NCBI GenBank assembly: GCA_009914755.4
Contig: CP068257.2
Coordinates: 19,424,001-19,488,000, forward strand
DNA from: the human T2T-CHM13v2.0 reference genome, Homo sapiens
Direction of reading: 5' to 3'
DNA length: 64,000 nucleotides
This document shows, piece after piece, positions 1 to 14,540 of this stretch. Position 1 is the stretch's first letter, and every line of letters starts with the position of its first letter. The position numbers were made by a program, and so were the translations under genes. The notes below the pieces were generated by a model. That model was not told the origin of the DNA, ran no database searches, and worked only from the letters and a program-made list of their open reading frames with translations.

Positions 1-944
1 TCTTTTCTTATGAAGTAAGTACTATGACAAAATAATAGAAATCAAGTCGTTTGAATGTTTTGAAATTGATTGAATATTTTAAAATATAAACTTATTTTAA
101 CACATAGATATGTCTTAACAGTATGCCTACTTACCATCCTTTATAGGGGCTTTTACTGTTATTTTACTTAGTTATATTAATCTATTAAATATTCATCATA
201 GGTTTTAAAAATTATGTATTCACTTACAGTGTTGTGATTTTCAATCACCATAACATCACAGGAATATTACCAGTATTTCAATGCAATAATTGTTGTCATC
301 ACTTTGTGTTTTTTATGTTGGAAAGCAGCCGTAATGGAGAGGGTAGCATAGAATTGACTTTAAAATATGTAGATTGTCTAGACACCTTTAACCAAGATAC
401 ACCATCTCTCCTCACTTAAATGATAAAGGGAGGTATCACTCCTATATTTCCTTAATATTTAGAAGTGGTATAATGTAAAGTTTTAATATTAATTTGAAAG
501 GAGAGGAGCTTTAAGTGAGTAAAATATCTTGAAAAAGAGAGGGTTTGTTTCTGGTTTTAAATATTGGCATATACGTAAGTATAAACAAAGTTGAAGGATA
601 GTGGGATATATTTAAAATTACTTCCATCTGCAAAATGCTGATTTACAGAAATATCTCAAAGTATTTTGTAGTCGTTTTTATTTTGCTTTTTTTTCGCCTA
701 AGTATACAGAAATCATCATCCCCATCCATAAAGTTAGAAGCATAGTATTTCAATTCCAATCACAGTAATACAATCATGAAAGTGATATTTGACTGGTAAA
801 TCATAACTTATACGTATTTTCACAAATCCCAGTGAGTTACACATTCAGCAAATGTTGGGCATCTATTCAGAGCCATGTGTTAGGCACTCAGGGAACAGGA
901 AGCTTGCCCTTTAGGACTTGCCCTCATAAGGAGCTAACGCTACC

Positions 945-1056
945 GATATCTTGATCTCAGACTTGTAGTCTCAAGAACTTTGAGATAAATTTTTGTTGTT
1001 TAAGCCGCCTAGTTTGTGGTACTTTGTAATGGCAGTCCTAGCAAACGAATGCACCA
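945..1056 (+). mobile_element. MaLR (MLT1-type) LTR 3'-terminal fragment
   Basis: It matches the MLT1 3' end '...ctgtgagaaaataaatttctgttgtttaagccacccagtctgtggtattttgttatggcagccctagcaaactaatac'. Here the sequence reads '...gataaatttttgttgtttaagccgcctagtttgtggtactttgtaatggcagtcctagcaaacgaatgcacc'. The upstream ~880-945 may belong to the same LTR. Confidence 0.5.
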
Positions 1057-1588
1057 ACTAGTAGGTCAGTTTTTTTGAAAGACAAAATGTATTGTTTGTT
1101 TTTAATTTTTATAGTGATAAAGAGGTCAATTATGCCTCATATCTGTGATTGAAAATAATCATACAATGTAAACATTTTCAGAAAAAAATTCCTAAGTTTA
1201 TCAGCATTTAAAAACATTGTGTCATATGCAGAGAAAGGTGATCATAACTCATATGCAGATGAAGTAATTGAAATACTTGATTTTGGTTCTCAAAATATAA
1301 AGCATTTACATTCCAAGTATCTTTGCAGTGTTAGTGTTATGTTGTATCATAATGCAATTCATGCTGGATAAAAGTTCTTCTAAAAGAGAAAATGAACATT
1401 AACACAAAACAAAAAATCTGAGTAGTTTTCTGCTAGTACAAAGTCCATCTTACCTTACTTTTTAAATTTGCACCTAATGCTGGCAAAACCAGTTCTGTAG
1501 CATAGGTAAATAGCCTTAAAATATCTTTGAATCAGTCCTAAATTTTACCCTGGTCCCTCAAGTCATAGCACTGTTTATCTTTACATTC

Positions 1589-1898
1589 TTTTTTTTTTTT
1601 TTTTTTTTTTTTTTTGAGCCGGAGTCTCACTCTGTCACCCAGGCTGGAGTGCAGAGGTGACCTGGGCTCACTGCAACCTCTGCCTCCTGGGTTCAAGTGA
1701 TTCTCTTGCCTCTCAGCCTCCTGAGTAGCTGGGTCTACAGGCATGCGCCAGCACGCCTGGCTAATTTTTGTATTTTTAGTAGAGATGGAGTTTCACCATG
1801 TTGGCCAGGCTGGTCTTGAGCTCCTGGCCTCAAGTGATCCACCCGCCTCAGCCTCCCAAAGTGCTGGGATTACAGGCATGAGCCACCGTGCCTGGACA
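1589..1898 (-). mobile_element. Alu SINE, full length, minus orientation
   Basis: A 27-nt poly-T at 1589-1615 is followed by the reverse complement of Alu (gagccggagtctcactctgtcacccaggctggagtgcag ... cccaaagtgctgggattacaggcatgagccaccgtgcctgg). The target-site duplication TTACATTCTT lies at 1581-1590 and 1901-1910. Confidence 0.95.
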
Positions 1899-3275
1899 CG
1901 TTACATTCTTAATGCCAAATGAAATGTATAATGGGGAAGATTAAAAATGAATATAGAAAGTGTCAAAAAAAAATAAATTTTCTAGTTGTTAAAATCCTTA
2001 CCTTAGTATGTGTGTAGAACTTTCGAAAGAAAAGAAGGAAAAATAAAGCAAAACAAAACAAAAATCAAAATCATTCAATAACTTGAATATTTAATACACT
2101 AATATCAGTGGTTTCTTTGGTATTTATTACTGGTTTACGTTACAATTATTTTATACTTGATTTTTTTTCTCTATGTGTATTAAGAGCTTATTGTTTATTA
2201 GTCATATTACTAAGCTCTGGGATAAAATGTTAAAAAATTTGTATAAAGTTTCTTACATCAATTATATTTCTGTTCTGGCCATGGGCATGTGATATTTGCA
2301 CACATAATGATTTCTTGATAACAGCCAAGGAGAAAGCAAAGTTAATTTGTTTGGATTTGGACATCCAGGAAGTGGCTTGTTGTCTTAGACCTGAGGGATA
2401 CTGGGTGATTCTTGCCAAAGAATTAGGGGGATACAGATCTTAAGTAGAAGGAGCAGAGTGTGTGAAGGCCCTGAGTTGTGAGATTTTAGTGCATGTTGGA
2501 AACAAAATTAGGTCAGTGTGGCTACAGCATTGAATGTGGAGGCTTTGAGGCTGGAGATATTGGTGGGGGCAAGGTTCATGCCAGCCACTGAGGGCGTGCT
2601 AAGAATTGTGACTTCAATCCAAGTACAAAACCCTCTAACTTTAGAGTATAATAAAAGGAGACTCAGTCTAGCTATCTTAAAGAACAATGTTAATCTTCAT
2701 TCTGGCATTCATAAAAAGGGCTGGCCTAGAACTTCTATGGAATGTGCTGGGCAGAAGGCTTCTTTAAATATCTTGGCTCCAAAATTTCTCAATCACATAA
2801 CTCATTAAGAATTGTACTATATCGTATTATTGATGTCTTGCTGAGGTCCCACTATTATGGTTTCTGTCATTTATTGTCTTTTCTCCACTGAAAGCATTGT
2901 CTTCCACCTGCAGGTGGTCACCAGCTAGGTTAGTCATTCTAGGAATTGCTGTGGGAAGAAGTGTTCTCTTGCCCCTCAGGGTTCATCACTCTGAGATGTG
3001 TCATTTTTTAAAATCAATTTGGCTTTTTCAGTAGAAATTCATGTGGACAGTTTCTGGTAATAAAATCCTGAATCATGCTACAGAAAACTGAGAAACATTA
3101 ATCTCAAGGCCTCAGGAAATGGGTTTTAGCTTATTATAACTGTTTACATATGGGACTGCTACTATATTTTTCAGTGTGTAAACCTAGATGTCAAATGAGT
3201 TAAGAACTTGATCAACGGGCAACATGATTACTCTGTGCTCATTTCTTTTCTAGGGTTAAAAGTCTCACTTCCAAG

Positions 3276-3606
<331 letters not shown>

Positions 3607-4788
3607 TTACTTCCAAATAAGAGAAAATTATAGAAGTCATAAGCCAATAATACTTCCTTTCCTTTAATCCCATTTAACAAGCAATTATATTAAAACCCTA
3701 AGTCATCTGGGTCTTTTTTTTCCCACTTGATTTACATGAGTCTTAAGCTTTATTGCTTGTACTTATATCTGATCTGTGGACAACAAAAACTACCTAATAC
3801 AACGACAAAAACAAAAACAACAAATACTTTACATAACCCACAGTCTAAGCATCATAAACTGTAAGTGATGTGGCACTGAATGAATACTTTTTATTCTCCT
3901 CATTTTTGAATAGGTGAATCTTCTTTACGTTGTGTTTTTAATCATGTAAGTATCTCGTCATTAAAAATGACGCCTTGAAAAATTATTCTATAATCAATAT
4001 ACCGCAGGGTTTCTAGAGTCCCAATTCATTGAGGATGGCTATTTCAAGACAAATTCAATATTCATTGTTTAAAATTCGTTGAGTTCTAATTATCTTCAAG
4101 GTCATAGAAGTGCTTCGTTATTTTGATGGGAGTGTGTACTATGACTACTATATTTATCCTTAGCCATTTACAAAACGGTTTATATGTAAGAGTTTTATGT
4201 CAATAAATTTGAGCAAATTAGACAAGGGAGTGTTCTATTTCAATTCAAAGATAATTTTAATTCACTAACTCTTAGCTAGATTAATGGTCCTACTAAAAAT
4301 TAAGCACTCCCCAATGCATGGTATGTGTACCAAATGACCTCATTAAATAGGTATATGCAGAACAGATGCCTCTATGACCTGTCTCCAGATTTACTGAGCA
4401 GAGAGTGTCCTTGTTAAGTGCCCCTATGATCAGTGAATGAATTTCAAATTGGAGACACAAGGACGATACTTCTTCATGGGATATTCTATGTAATTTGGAT
4501 ATTTCTCTGTTCAGTTCTCTCTGCAGTTTGGTAGAATTTGAAATGTAAAAGAGATTCATCTTTTGCTGATGAATTTATCATTTTCTTACAAATGAATAGA
4601 TACTTGATTTTATGGTCAGAGTTTCGTCTTTGAATACAGTTTTTTGTTACCATACCTTTGCTTTGCCAGACAATGGAGATTGGTGTTTTAAGTTAATTTT
4701 TGTATATTAGCACATTTAAAAATGACACCTGATTTGATTTGAATTATTCCATATATAGAATGTATGACTCTAAATGCAGTTTTTTATA

Positions 4789-4809
4789 ACATACACACAC
4801 ACACACACA
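4789..4809. repeat. (CA)n microsatellite
   Basis: The sequence is acatacacacacacacacacacag. Confidence 0.9.
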
Positions 4810-6503
4810 GATATACACCTTTAAGGCATTTAATTCAAACCGTAATTGTTTTACTGTTGCTTCTGCTATTGTTATTGGCATTATGGGACACAGCTAAAAA
4901 ATGATGTAGCTGTGGAAACACTGCTTGATCTTTTGACATGCTACTATTGATGCCTCTATGCGCAAGAAAGTTCAATATAAGTATAAAGTAAAATTGTAAA
5001 ATTAATTTTCCAATGATGTATTTTAGGTTGTTGGCTTTTTTGTTGTTTCGTCTTTTACTTTAAAATCCAAAGGAAATTTAGAATGATTTTGGAACCAGAT
5101 TTACATTTGAAATATTATAAATATATATACTTTTAAGCCTATAGCAAGCTAAAATTTGTTTACAGGTGTTTAATGTACCCAAAGCATTATTAGATGAAGT
5201 CAGTTTTCTTAATGTTTCTATGGAAATAACTGAATTACTGTGTTATTGATAGGAAGTGATCATTTGATCTTAGCAATGGAGAGAACTACAGCATAACTGT
5301 AGCGTGTGTTAGAGATACTCATTCCACTGGGGGTATTACCTTAATGTTAACTAAATGTTATATTGCTACTGGAAATCATTAAAAATATATGCGTCTGTTT
5401 AAGTAGGTTTATGCAGATATGGAGTATAAATATTAAGAAAGGAGCTGTATGCATAAACACTTTTTTAAATTATTGCTAATATACTTAATGTTTAAAAATA
5501 CATATATTTATTATAAAATTATATTTAAATATAGCAAAATGTATTACACAGTAAATTTAAAGGCAAAACTTAATTGATTGTAACAATCTATCTTTAAAGC
5601 TGGCATGAGAGAGAGAATATTACTTCAATTAAAAATGCGTTACTAAAAAGTGCTCTTTTCTAGAAAAAATAAACTTCATAAACAAGTATGAAGAGGGGAA
5701 TTGTGTACCACGTTTGTAATAAAACATGAGAACTATGTTAATGAATATTACAAGTATAAATTTTACAATATGCTACTGACATATATAGACAAATAATGGA
5801 ATATTGATCTTAAAACATGGGCTACCTCTTTTATATAGGAATAATATGAATTACCATATGAATGTGCATTTTCCAACATTTCACTCAGTTCTTCTCAATA
5901 TGTATTGAAAACTTTGGGAGAATGCACACTCTGATATTATGCAATACATTCTATAGTCTTTCTTGCATCATCCTACTTTTCACAGACCCCTCTTTAAACA
6001 CTGGTAAGACCTTTGTATAAATCTAACATAATCATTCTACTTATATTAATTACATACAATTGTTTTAAATTCCTATGAAGAAAGAAAAAAGTAGACTTGC
6101 ATAAATTATTCTAAGAACATGAGAGAAAAAATAAACTGGCAGGGCCAGATCTATTTCTCTGTTGATAAATTAGAATCAGTATATGTTTTCTTTGCATATA
6201 GTTATATAATCAAGGGAATTATGGAATATAGCCCATTGACCCTTTTATGTGGGTTATAATAGAGATGGATGATGTATATTGGGGCAGAGGAATTGGGTCA
6301 GGATACATTAAAAAAACTGAATTTCTTGTCTTCTTGTCTTCCAAAAAGTGCTATATTTTTAAAGCTCAGTTTCTTGATGAAAGAAATAACTTTCTGATTG
6401 AGGAACTTGGTTTTCATGTATGTAAGGTGTTCATTTAACTTTTTGTGAAAGATGTACATAACCAAATAAAGACTAATTAATTATGTACTACTAAAATAAT
6501 GAC

Positions 6504-7095
<592 letters not shown>

Positions 7096-8643
7096 GGTAT
7101 TGCATTTGTATGCAATGACCAATGACTTATCGTTATTACGCTCCTCTTTTGTATTATTATCTGCGTAACGGGTGCTACACACTTTTTCCAAGTTGTTAAT
7201 ATTCCAGTTTGTGAAGTCACTTTATATATATCTAAAATTTTCATACCACCCATTATTGCTTTTTTCACTGCTAGTTCAACCTTGTAGCTCATACTAAAAT
7301 GTAAAAGTACTGTCATATTTCCATGGCCAAATGCTTTCCTGGAATCACTCTGCTAAGTTGATACTTTCTAGTTTCCAAAGGGATGCAATTTCATGTGACT
7401 TTAAAAACTGATTTTATAAGATAATGTACTCTAGCTAATTTGCATATGATTAAAATCCAATTGTAATTATATTCACTATGGAGAATATTCAGAAACTCAT
7501 GGAAACTCTGGAGAGTTTTTCATACATTGTGTGTTATGTCCCCATGTAAAAATTCGACTGAAGCTAGTTGAATTCACTAATTCTTATCTAAGAAGAAATA
7601 TAGGTGATTTATTAATATGTACTTAATGCTGAAGTGTCTTTCATTGTATATATCAGTTCATTTTCTAGGAGCAGAGAGAATGTAAATTATATATGAATAA
7701 TATTTTTATTTAACCTTTAAAATTGCAGAAGAGACCCTTTAGGTTAAAAATGCGTTAGCTATCAACATCATCTCCTTCCTTAACTTGACTATTTTCCCAG
7801 AGTAGTAATTGCAAACCAAAAAGGTTTAATTATCTTTCTGATAGCACAGAAAATGTTTTCTGTCATAGACTACCCATAGTATAGTAATACCTCTTTGCCA
7901 CAGGTAAGTTCTAATACCTGGTGATGATTCCCCAACTGTGTACCCACTCAAACACTTTTCGACCTACCCTTCCTTTAAAAGATGTTTTGAGGAATTCCAG
8001 AAATAAAATGTATGACACAAATTGTGGGACTAGGTTAATACCATGATGCCTGTACTTTTGAAGGCAGGGAAGTGATAAGTGGTAAAATGAGACATTTCCT
8101 AGGGGTAGAGGTACAAAGCTAAAAAAGAAGGAAACCCAGACTGAATTTTACGTTTCTTATTTCCAACTCCTCTCGATGTCTACCTGGAAACCTTTCCAAT
8201 CTTTAAGCATTCAACTGCAGTGAAATATCCTCTGGGGACCTTCTGGGACATCCCAAGACAGAGTTCATCACCCTTTTTTAATAGTGTCCTGTACTTTTCT
8301 TATCTTTCTATTGTTGCTTTTAAAACATATTTTCTTGCAATTACCTTCACATGCACTGTGAACACCGGCAATTTAATGTGTTTTTGTGCATGTGTATGCA
8401 TGCACGCTGAATAAGTTCCTTGCATGCTAAAAAATGTTTCAACCTACAAAATAAATAGTAATGTCATTGCCTGGTTCGTGAAAATTTGGTGATAATAGAT
8501 TTCACAGAACCAGGAGAAACTTATAAAGATCAAGCTCCAGACATATTACTATGGAGGCCAAAATATCAAACAATAAAACAAAAAATGAACAACCCATTTA
8601 TAAAAGTACACACACCTATATAACCTGATATATGTACATAGTG

Positions 8644-8663
8644 TATATATATATATATATATA
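8644..8663. repeat. (TA)n microsatellite
   Basis: The sequence is tatatatatatatatatata. Confidence 0.9.
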
Positions 8664-10202
8664 ATCTAATATGTAAATATGTTATCAATTTATGGAAAAT
8701 CATGGCACAAATAGAAGATAGAAAAAATAAATTGTTAAATGACAATACAAAAAGTCTTTCTCTGTCAAAATGCCATATAATTAGATGGATGCACTAATAT
8801 AACAAACAGAAACTAATGAAGGAGGAGTAATCAGCAGTGATAAAAGGGTAGACAGAGGGCAGTGGAATTGAACAGAGGAAGAGGGGGGTGAAATGAAGGC
8901 AAGAAAGTAAGGAAAACATGAGTATTTATTTAAAGTGAGTAGTTGGAGGCTAAAAGGGAAGTTGCACCAAGTTTGGGTCTAACATGTTGTGGTAGTAACT
9001 GTGTTCTTCATATTATAGGTAAAGAAGTCATTGACTACTTTTAAATAGGGAGATTAGGTGGTCAGTGTAGAGTTGCTGGGTGAGCAGAATGCATAAATGT
9101 GCCTGATTAACTAAAGATGGCAAGGATTATGGATATTCAAATAGCCTTTCCCACCTCTGTTGATGAATTGGTAGTAACCTACATCCTGTTGGTAAGTAGT
9201 CAGTCTAGCTAGGAATGGGCTATCCAATAAATATTGTGAGAGGAAAATGGAAAGTAGTTAGATATTACATTTGAAGAAAAATTAATAATTTGAAATGCCT
9301 CTAGGGAGCTTGTAAAATTGGTAGGATGACAGTAACATTAAACAGAAGGAAAAGAAGGCAAATGGGAAATAAAGTTTTGAGAGTACGTTTCTAAACTTAG
9401 TGAATTAAATTGAGGGTTATTAAAGAGGAAATTTGAGCCAGCTGATTACAAACACATAATCAAAGCTTCTGAGCAGTCACAAAATGAGATAAAGGTTTCA
9501 GTGTTTTCACGAAAAACTGATATACTAATTCCTGTGAGTAAATGAGATCTTCAAGAAAGAGAATGTAAAAATTGAAGAACTTAGGACATGTTGTTCAATC
9601 TTAGGGAATAGACATTTGAAAGAAAAGGAAGGAACATGAGGAATGAAGGGAACAAATGAGAAACATGTGCCTGCTATCAACTTAGAGTTGGTGAAGCAAA
9701 TTGGTAAACATTGGCGAATTTTATGGGGTTATTGATGACCCAAACTCTAAGCTTCTTTGTAAATTGGGAATTTTTCAAAATAAAATGTTCTGGGAGATGG
9801 TAAAACAAATGTGGAGAAAGCAAGTCCAGAGTGCAGAGCTCAAGCTAAAAAAAAAGCATTTGATTTTGTGTTTGAGAAGATAACACTTGATATTTAAGAT
9901 TTTCATGCCTTTAAAGTGAAGTTGCAGGCATTGCATTGAAAAAGGTTTATGCAGCTATAGCATTGACGTATAGAGTTAGAAGTTAAATTGAAAAATAAAG
10001 TTAGAAGTGAAAATAATTTATGCCATCCGTCATAATATTAACTTGGTTTTAATATTTTTTTCCTCTGGTTTTTCAAAAAGTTGTGGAAATTGACGAAGTA
10101 TAATTATTCTAAGATGGAATAATTAAAATGGCATTTTAATAAGCAAATGTTTAAATATCTGCGGAAAAAAGGGAAATGGAAAAAAGATTCAGTAAATGTT
10201 AG

Positions 10203-10587
<385 letters not shown>

Positions 10588-11164
10588 TATTTGTAATATT
10601 TTTGAGGGTAGCGAATATGACATGTTTAAATGGAAATGGAATTATCAGAATCCACATAACCCATGTTGGCTTCTTTCTCAGTAATATATTGTAAGGAAAG
10701 AGTGACCATGTACATACTGGTTGCCTCTAAAATGTTTCTCTTACATCAAAAATTAGCTAAGATCTCAAGGACAAATCTAAGATCTTCATTTAAGAAATAC
10801 TTATAGAAAACTTACAAAATTTCTAAAGTTAAAATCAAACTATTATAACATAGAGGAATGGAAGGAAAAATGTTCAGTGGCATTGTATGACAATGTAAAA
10901 TATCATTAAAAAGTTTTATAGAGGACCAGATAAATAAATTAGACTTTTTGCTGGTAGGGATATTACCATCTACAAAGGGAAATGGATCTGAAAACGTTTC
11001 ATTGAAACTTTCAAACATGGAAATTCTGCTTGTATTACTAAAAGAATACAAATTGTTGAGTGCCCATTATTAGTGTAACTTGCCTAAAATTTACTGCTGC
11101 CCTATTTATTTTAGTATTCTGACTTCTATTTAATTTTAATAAATATATATTTACAATTTTTTAA

Positions 11165-11640
11165 AGATTTATTTATAACTTTCTCTCGTGGTAAAATATA
11201 CATAATATACAATTTATCCTTTAGGCATTTTGAAGTGTGTAGTTCAGTGGCAGTGAGTATATTCACAATGTTGTGTGACCATCCCACCGTCCATCTCCAG
11301 AACTGTTTCAACTTCTCAAACTGAAACTTCATACCCATTAAGCAATAACTTTCAATTCCCTCCTACCTCCAGTCCCTATCTCCAGTGTACTTTATGTCTC
11401 TCTGAATTTGGCTGCTCTGTGTACTTGATGTAAGTGGAATAATGCAATATTTGTTTTTTGTGATTGGATTATTTCACTTAGCCTAATGACTTGAGGGTTC
11501 ATTCATATGCAGCATATGTCAAAATTTATTTTCTTTTTAAGGCTGAATTATATTCCATTGTATGCATATATCACATTTTATTTGTCCATTTATCTATTGA
11601 TGGACACACTTATAAATGCTATTCACCAAGACTTCCTTTT
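11165..11640 (-). mobile_element. L1 (older L1M/L1P-type) 3'-end fragment, antisense
   Basis: The antisense L1 3'UTR signature is present: ...gtgtagttcagtggcagtgagtatattcacaatgttgtgtgaccatcccaccgtccatctccagaactgtttcaacttctcaaactgaaacttcatacccattaagcaataac... followed by ttcacttagcctaatgacttgagggttcattcatatgcagcatatgtcaaaatttattttctttttaaggctgaattatattccattgtatgcatatatcacattttatttgtccatttatctattgatggacac. Confidence 0.75.
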
Positions 11641-12654
11641 AAAATTCCATAAAATTTTTAGTTCTACCACTGAAAACACTAATTGTTAAGATTTTCTGGT
11701 AATTAAGTTTTATAGTTTATAGTATACTATTATTAATCTGTGTCTAAAAAAGAGTTGCAAATGTAAAATACAGATCACAATATTTAATCAAGTATTTTTT
11801 TCAGCATGTTACTTGGAGATGGCCATTTATAAAGGCATATATGACTCTAAAGTTTAAACTTCACTGAAAATACATTGCATCCTGTGTTATATCTAATGTA
11901 TTATGCCTCACTCATAACACATTCAGTGCATCCTGCAAAATTTCAGTGAGCAATTAACCTAGCATTTCTCTAAGACCCTGCACATGCTATGACATGTACA
12001 ACAGAGGAGCTGTGTCTCTGATTTTCACTGTACCTTTAACATACCTCAGACCGAGTAATTAAGTAATTAATATCTGGAGGTATGAAGCCCACTCCATACA
12101 ACCACATTGTCCAGTCCAGTTTTAGAAACAGTCAATCAACAATTCCCCTAGCCTGTCAAGTGCAGGCATTTTAGGTCACATAACATGACAAGAAATTCTA
12201 ATATATGCTCGTTTCCAGTCCTAGTAACCAGAATATATGTTAGGCAGGTTTATCTTCCATATGTTACAGAAGACGAACCTGAGACTCTGATTGAGGATTT
12301 AAAGTGACTAGCAGAGGGTCAAAAACTTTTCTTCAGAGTCAGGAGAAAAATTGGGACCTTCTGATTTCCTCCCTTAGCTCTTTCTACAACACAGTGCTCT
12401 TGGTAGTTCCTAATATTATATTGTTTTTATTACAAGTTTGTTTGCTTAACATTCATTTGATATAATTACACATCCATAATTATGTAATAAAATTGTCACT
12501 GTGAAAATCACATTTAATATCCCTTTAGAAAAATTTCCAAGTATGCTATATTTCTGTCCGTCATATAGTACATAAAGAATTGTAATTTAATATCAATTTA
12601 GTCTTAGAAAATTATGATGTATAATATAATTTAAACGATTTTGATGAATATAAA

Positions 12655-12825
12655 ATAAATTTTACATTTATTTTACATTAATTACATTTATTTTACATTA
12701 ATTTACATTTATTTATTAGCATTTATTACATTTATTACATTTATTGATTAACATTTAATTTATTTTACATTTACTTATTAATTTACATTTATTTTACATT
12801 AATTACATTTATTTTACATAAATTT
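12655..12825. repeat. AT-rich minisatellite, (TTTACATTTAT)-like imperfect tandem array
   Basis: There are about 15 degenerate copies of ttacatttat / ttacattaat / attacatttatt in tandem. Confidence 0.85.
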
Positions 12826-13243
12826 GATTTGATAAAATGAATGTGTATGACACATGTTAAGTGTAAAGTCACCATGAAGGTTTACTTTCAAATTCAGGAT
12901 CAGGTGGAAAGGGATCTCCTCTGACCTAATCTTAGACCCCACGTCAATGTGCTGGACTCTTCTAGATGGACCAGGAACTGGATTTCATTATGGGAGTCGG
13001 GTTTGGCAGGTGGAGAAGGTGAGAAGCACTGTTTTGCTTCCGCAGAATCTAGAGCCATCCCTACAATTAGATGGGTCAAGCTAACACTCGTTCTTTCTTG
13101 CTTCCTCTATCTTTTCTTCTTGTCTGGTCTGATTTTAATAAAATCAAATTAGATTTTTGTGACAGAATCAATGCAGGGAAACTATGAAGGTCATGTCTCT
13201 GTTGATGGTGGTGATGGTTTTATGTGTGTGAAACTCTTCATCA

Positions 13244-13726
13244 TTCTATAAAGACATGCACATGTATGTTTATTACGGCACTATTCACAATAGCAAAGAC
13301 TTGGAACTAACCCAAATGCCCATCAGTGATAAAGAGGATAAAGAAAATGTGGCACATGTACACCATGAAATACTATGCAGCCATAAAAAAGGATGAGTTC
13401 ATGTCCTTTGCAGGGACATAGATGAAGCTGGAAACCATCATTCTCAGCAAACTAACACAGGGACAGAAAACCAAATACTGCATGTTCTCACTCATAAGTG
13501 GGAGTTGAACAATGAGAATACATGGACACAGGGAGGGGAGCATCACACACCGGGGCTTGTTGATGGGTGTGGAGCTATGTAAGGGATAACATCAGGAGAA
13601 ATACCTGATGTAGATGACGGGTTGATGGATGCAGCAAACCACCATGGTATGTGTATACCTCTGTAAAAAACCTGCACATTCTGAACATGTATCCCAGAAC
13701 TTAAAGTATAATTTTTTTAAAAAAGG
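13244..13726 (+). mobile_element. L1 3'-end fragment (ORF2 C-terminus + 3'UTR), sense
   Basis: The sequence is ...acatgcacatgtatgtttattacggcactattcacaatagcaaagacttggaactaacccaaatgcccatcagtgataaa ... gcatgttctcactcataagtgggagttgaacaatgagaatacatggacacagggaggggagcatcacacaccggggc ... aaacctgcacattctgaacatgtatcccagaacttaaagtataat. Translation reads ...VYYGTIHNSKDLELTQMP... Confidence 0.9.
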
Positions 13727-14155
13727 AAAAACAAAGAAATACAGTTCATTTTCTTATATTGATATTGTCCTGCAACAAAGCTGATTTGATTTATTAATGC
13801 TGTGCATGATAAAGATACTCTTCTTTTTTTAGTATGTATGTTTTTAAATTTTTCTTGGCTTTAGTGCAACATTGAATAGAAATGGCGAGGACAGATGTAT
13901 TTGCCGTGTTCTTCATCCTAGGAGGAAAGTGTTCAATATTTCACCATTAATTATGTTGTTACCTGTAGAGTTTTCACAGATACCTTTTATTAAAATGAGG
14001 AAATTTCCTTTTATTCCTGGTTTGCAAAGAATTTGTGGGTTTTGTTGTTGTTTTATCATGTTTTGTTTTATTTTTATCATAAATGGGTATTGAATTTTAT
14101 CAAGTACATTTATTTCCTGGGTATGTCGAAATAAACATATAGTTTTTCTCCTTTA

Positions 14156-14540
<385 letters not shown>

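Noticed and set aside
1538-1744. Numerous 60-100-aa ORFs containing 'SLQPPPPRF', 'VAQAGVQW', 'PGWSAVA', '[11 protein letters not shown]' and similar motifs (for example 3353-3673, 6815-7024, 14289-14489, 18698-18958, 20283-20570, 21726-21998, 56381-56653, 58153-58410, 62293-62478)
   Set aside because: They are all translations of Alu elements on one or the other strand. These are the standard Alu-derived pseudo-ORFs.
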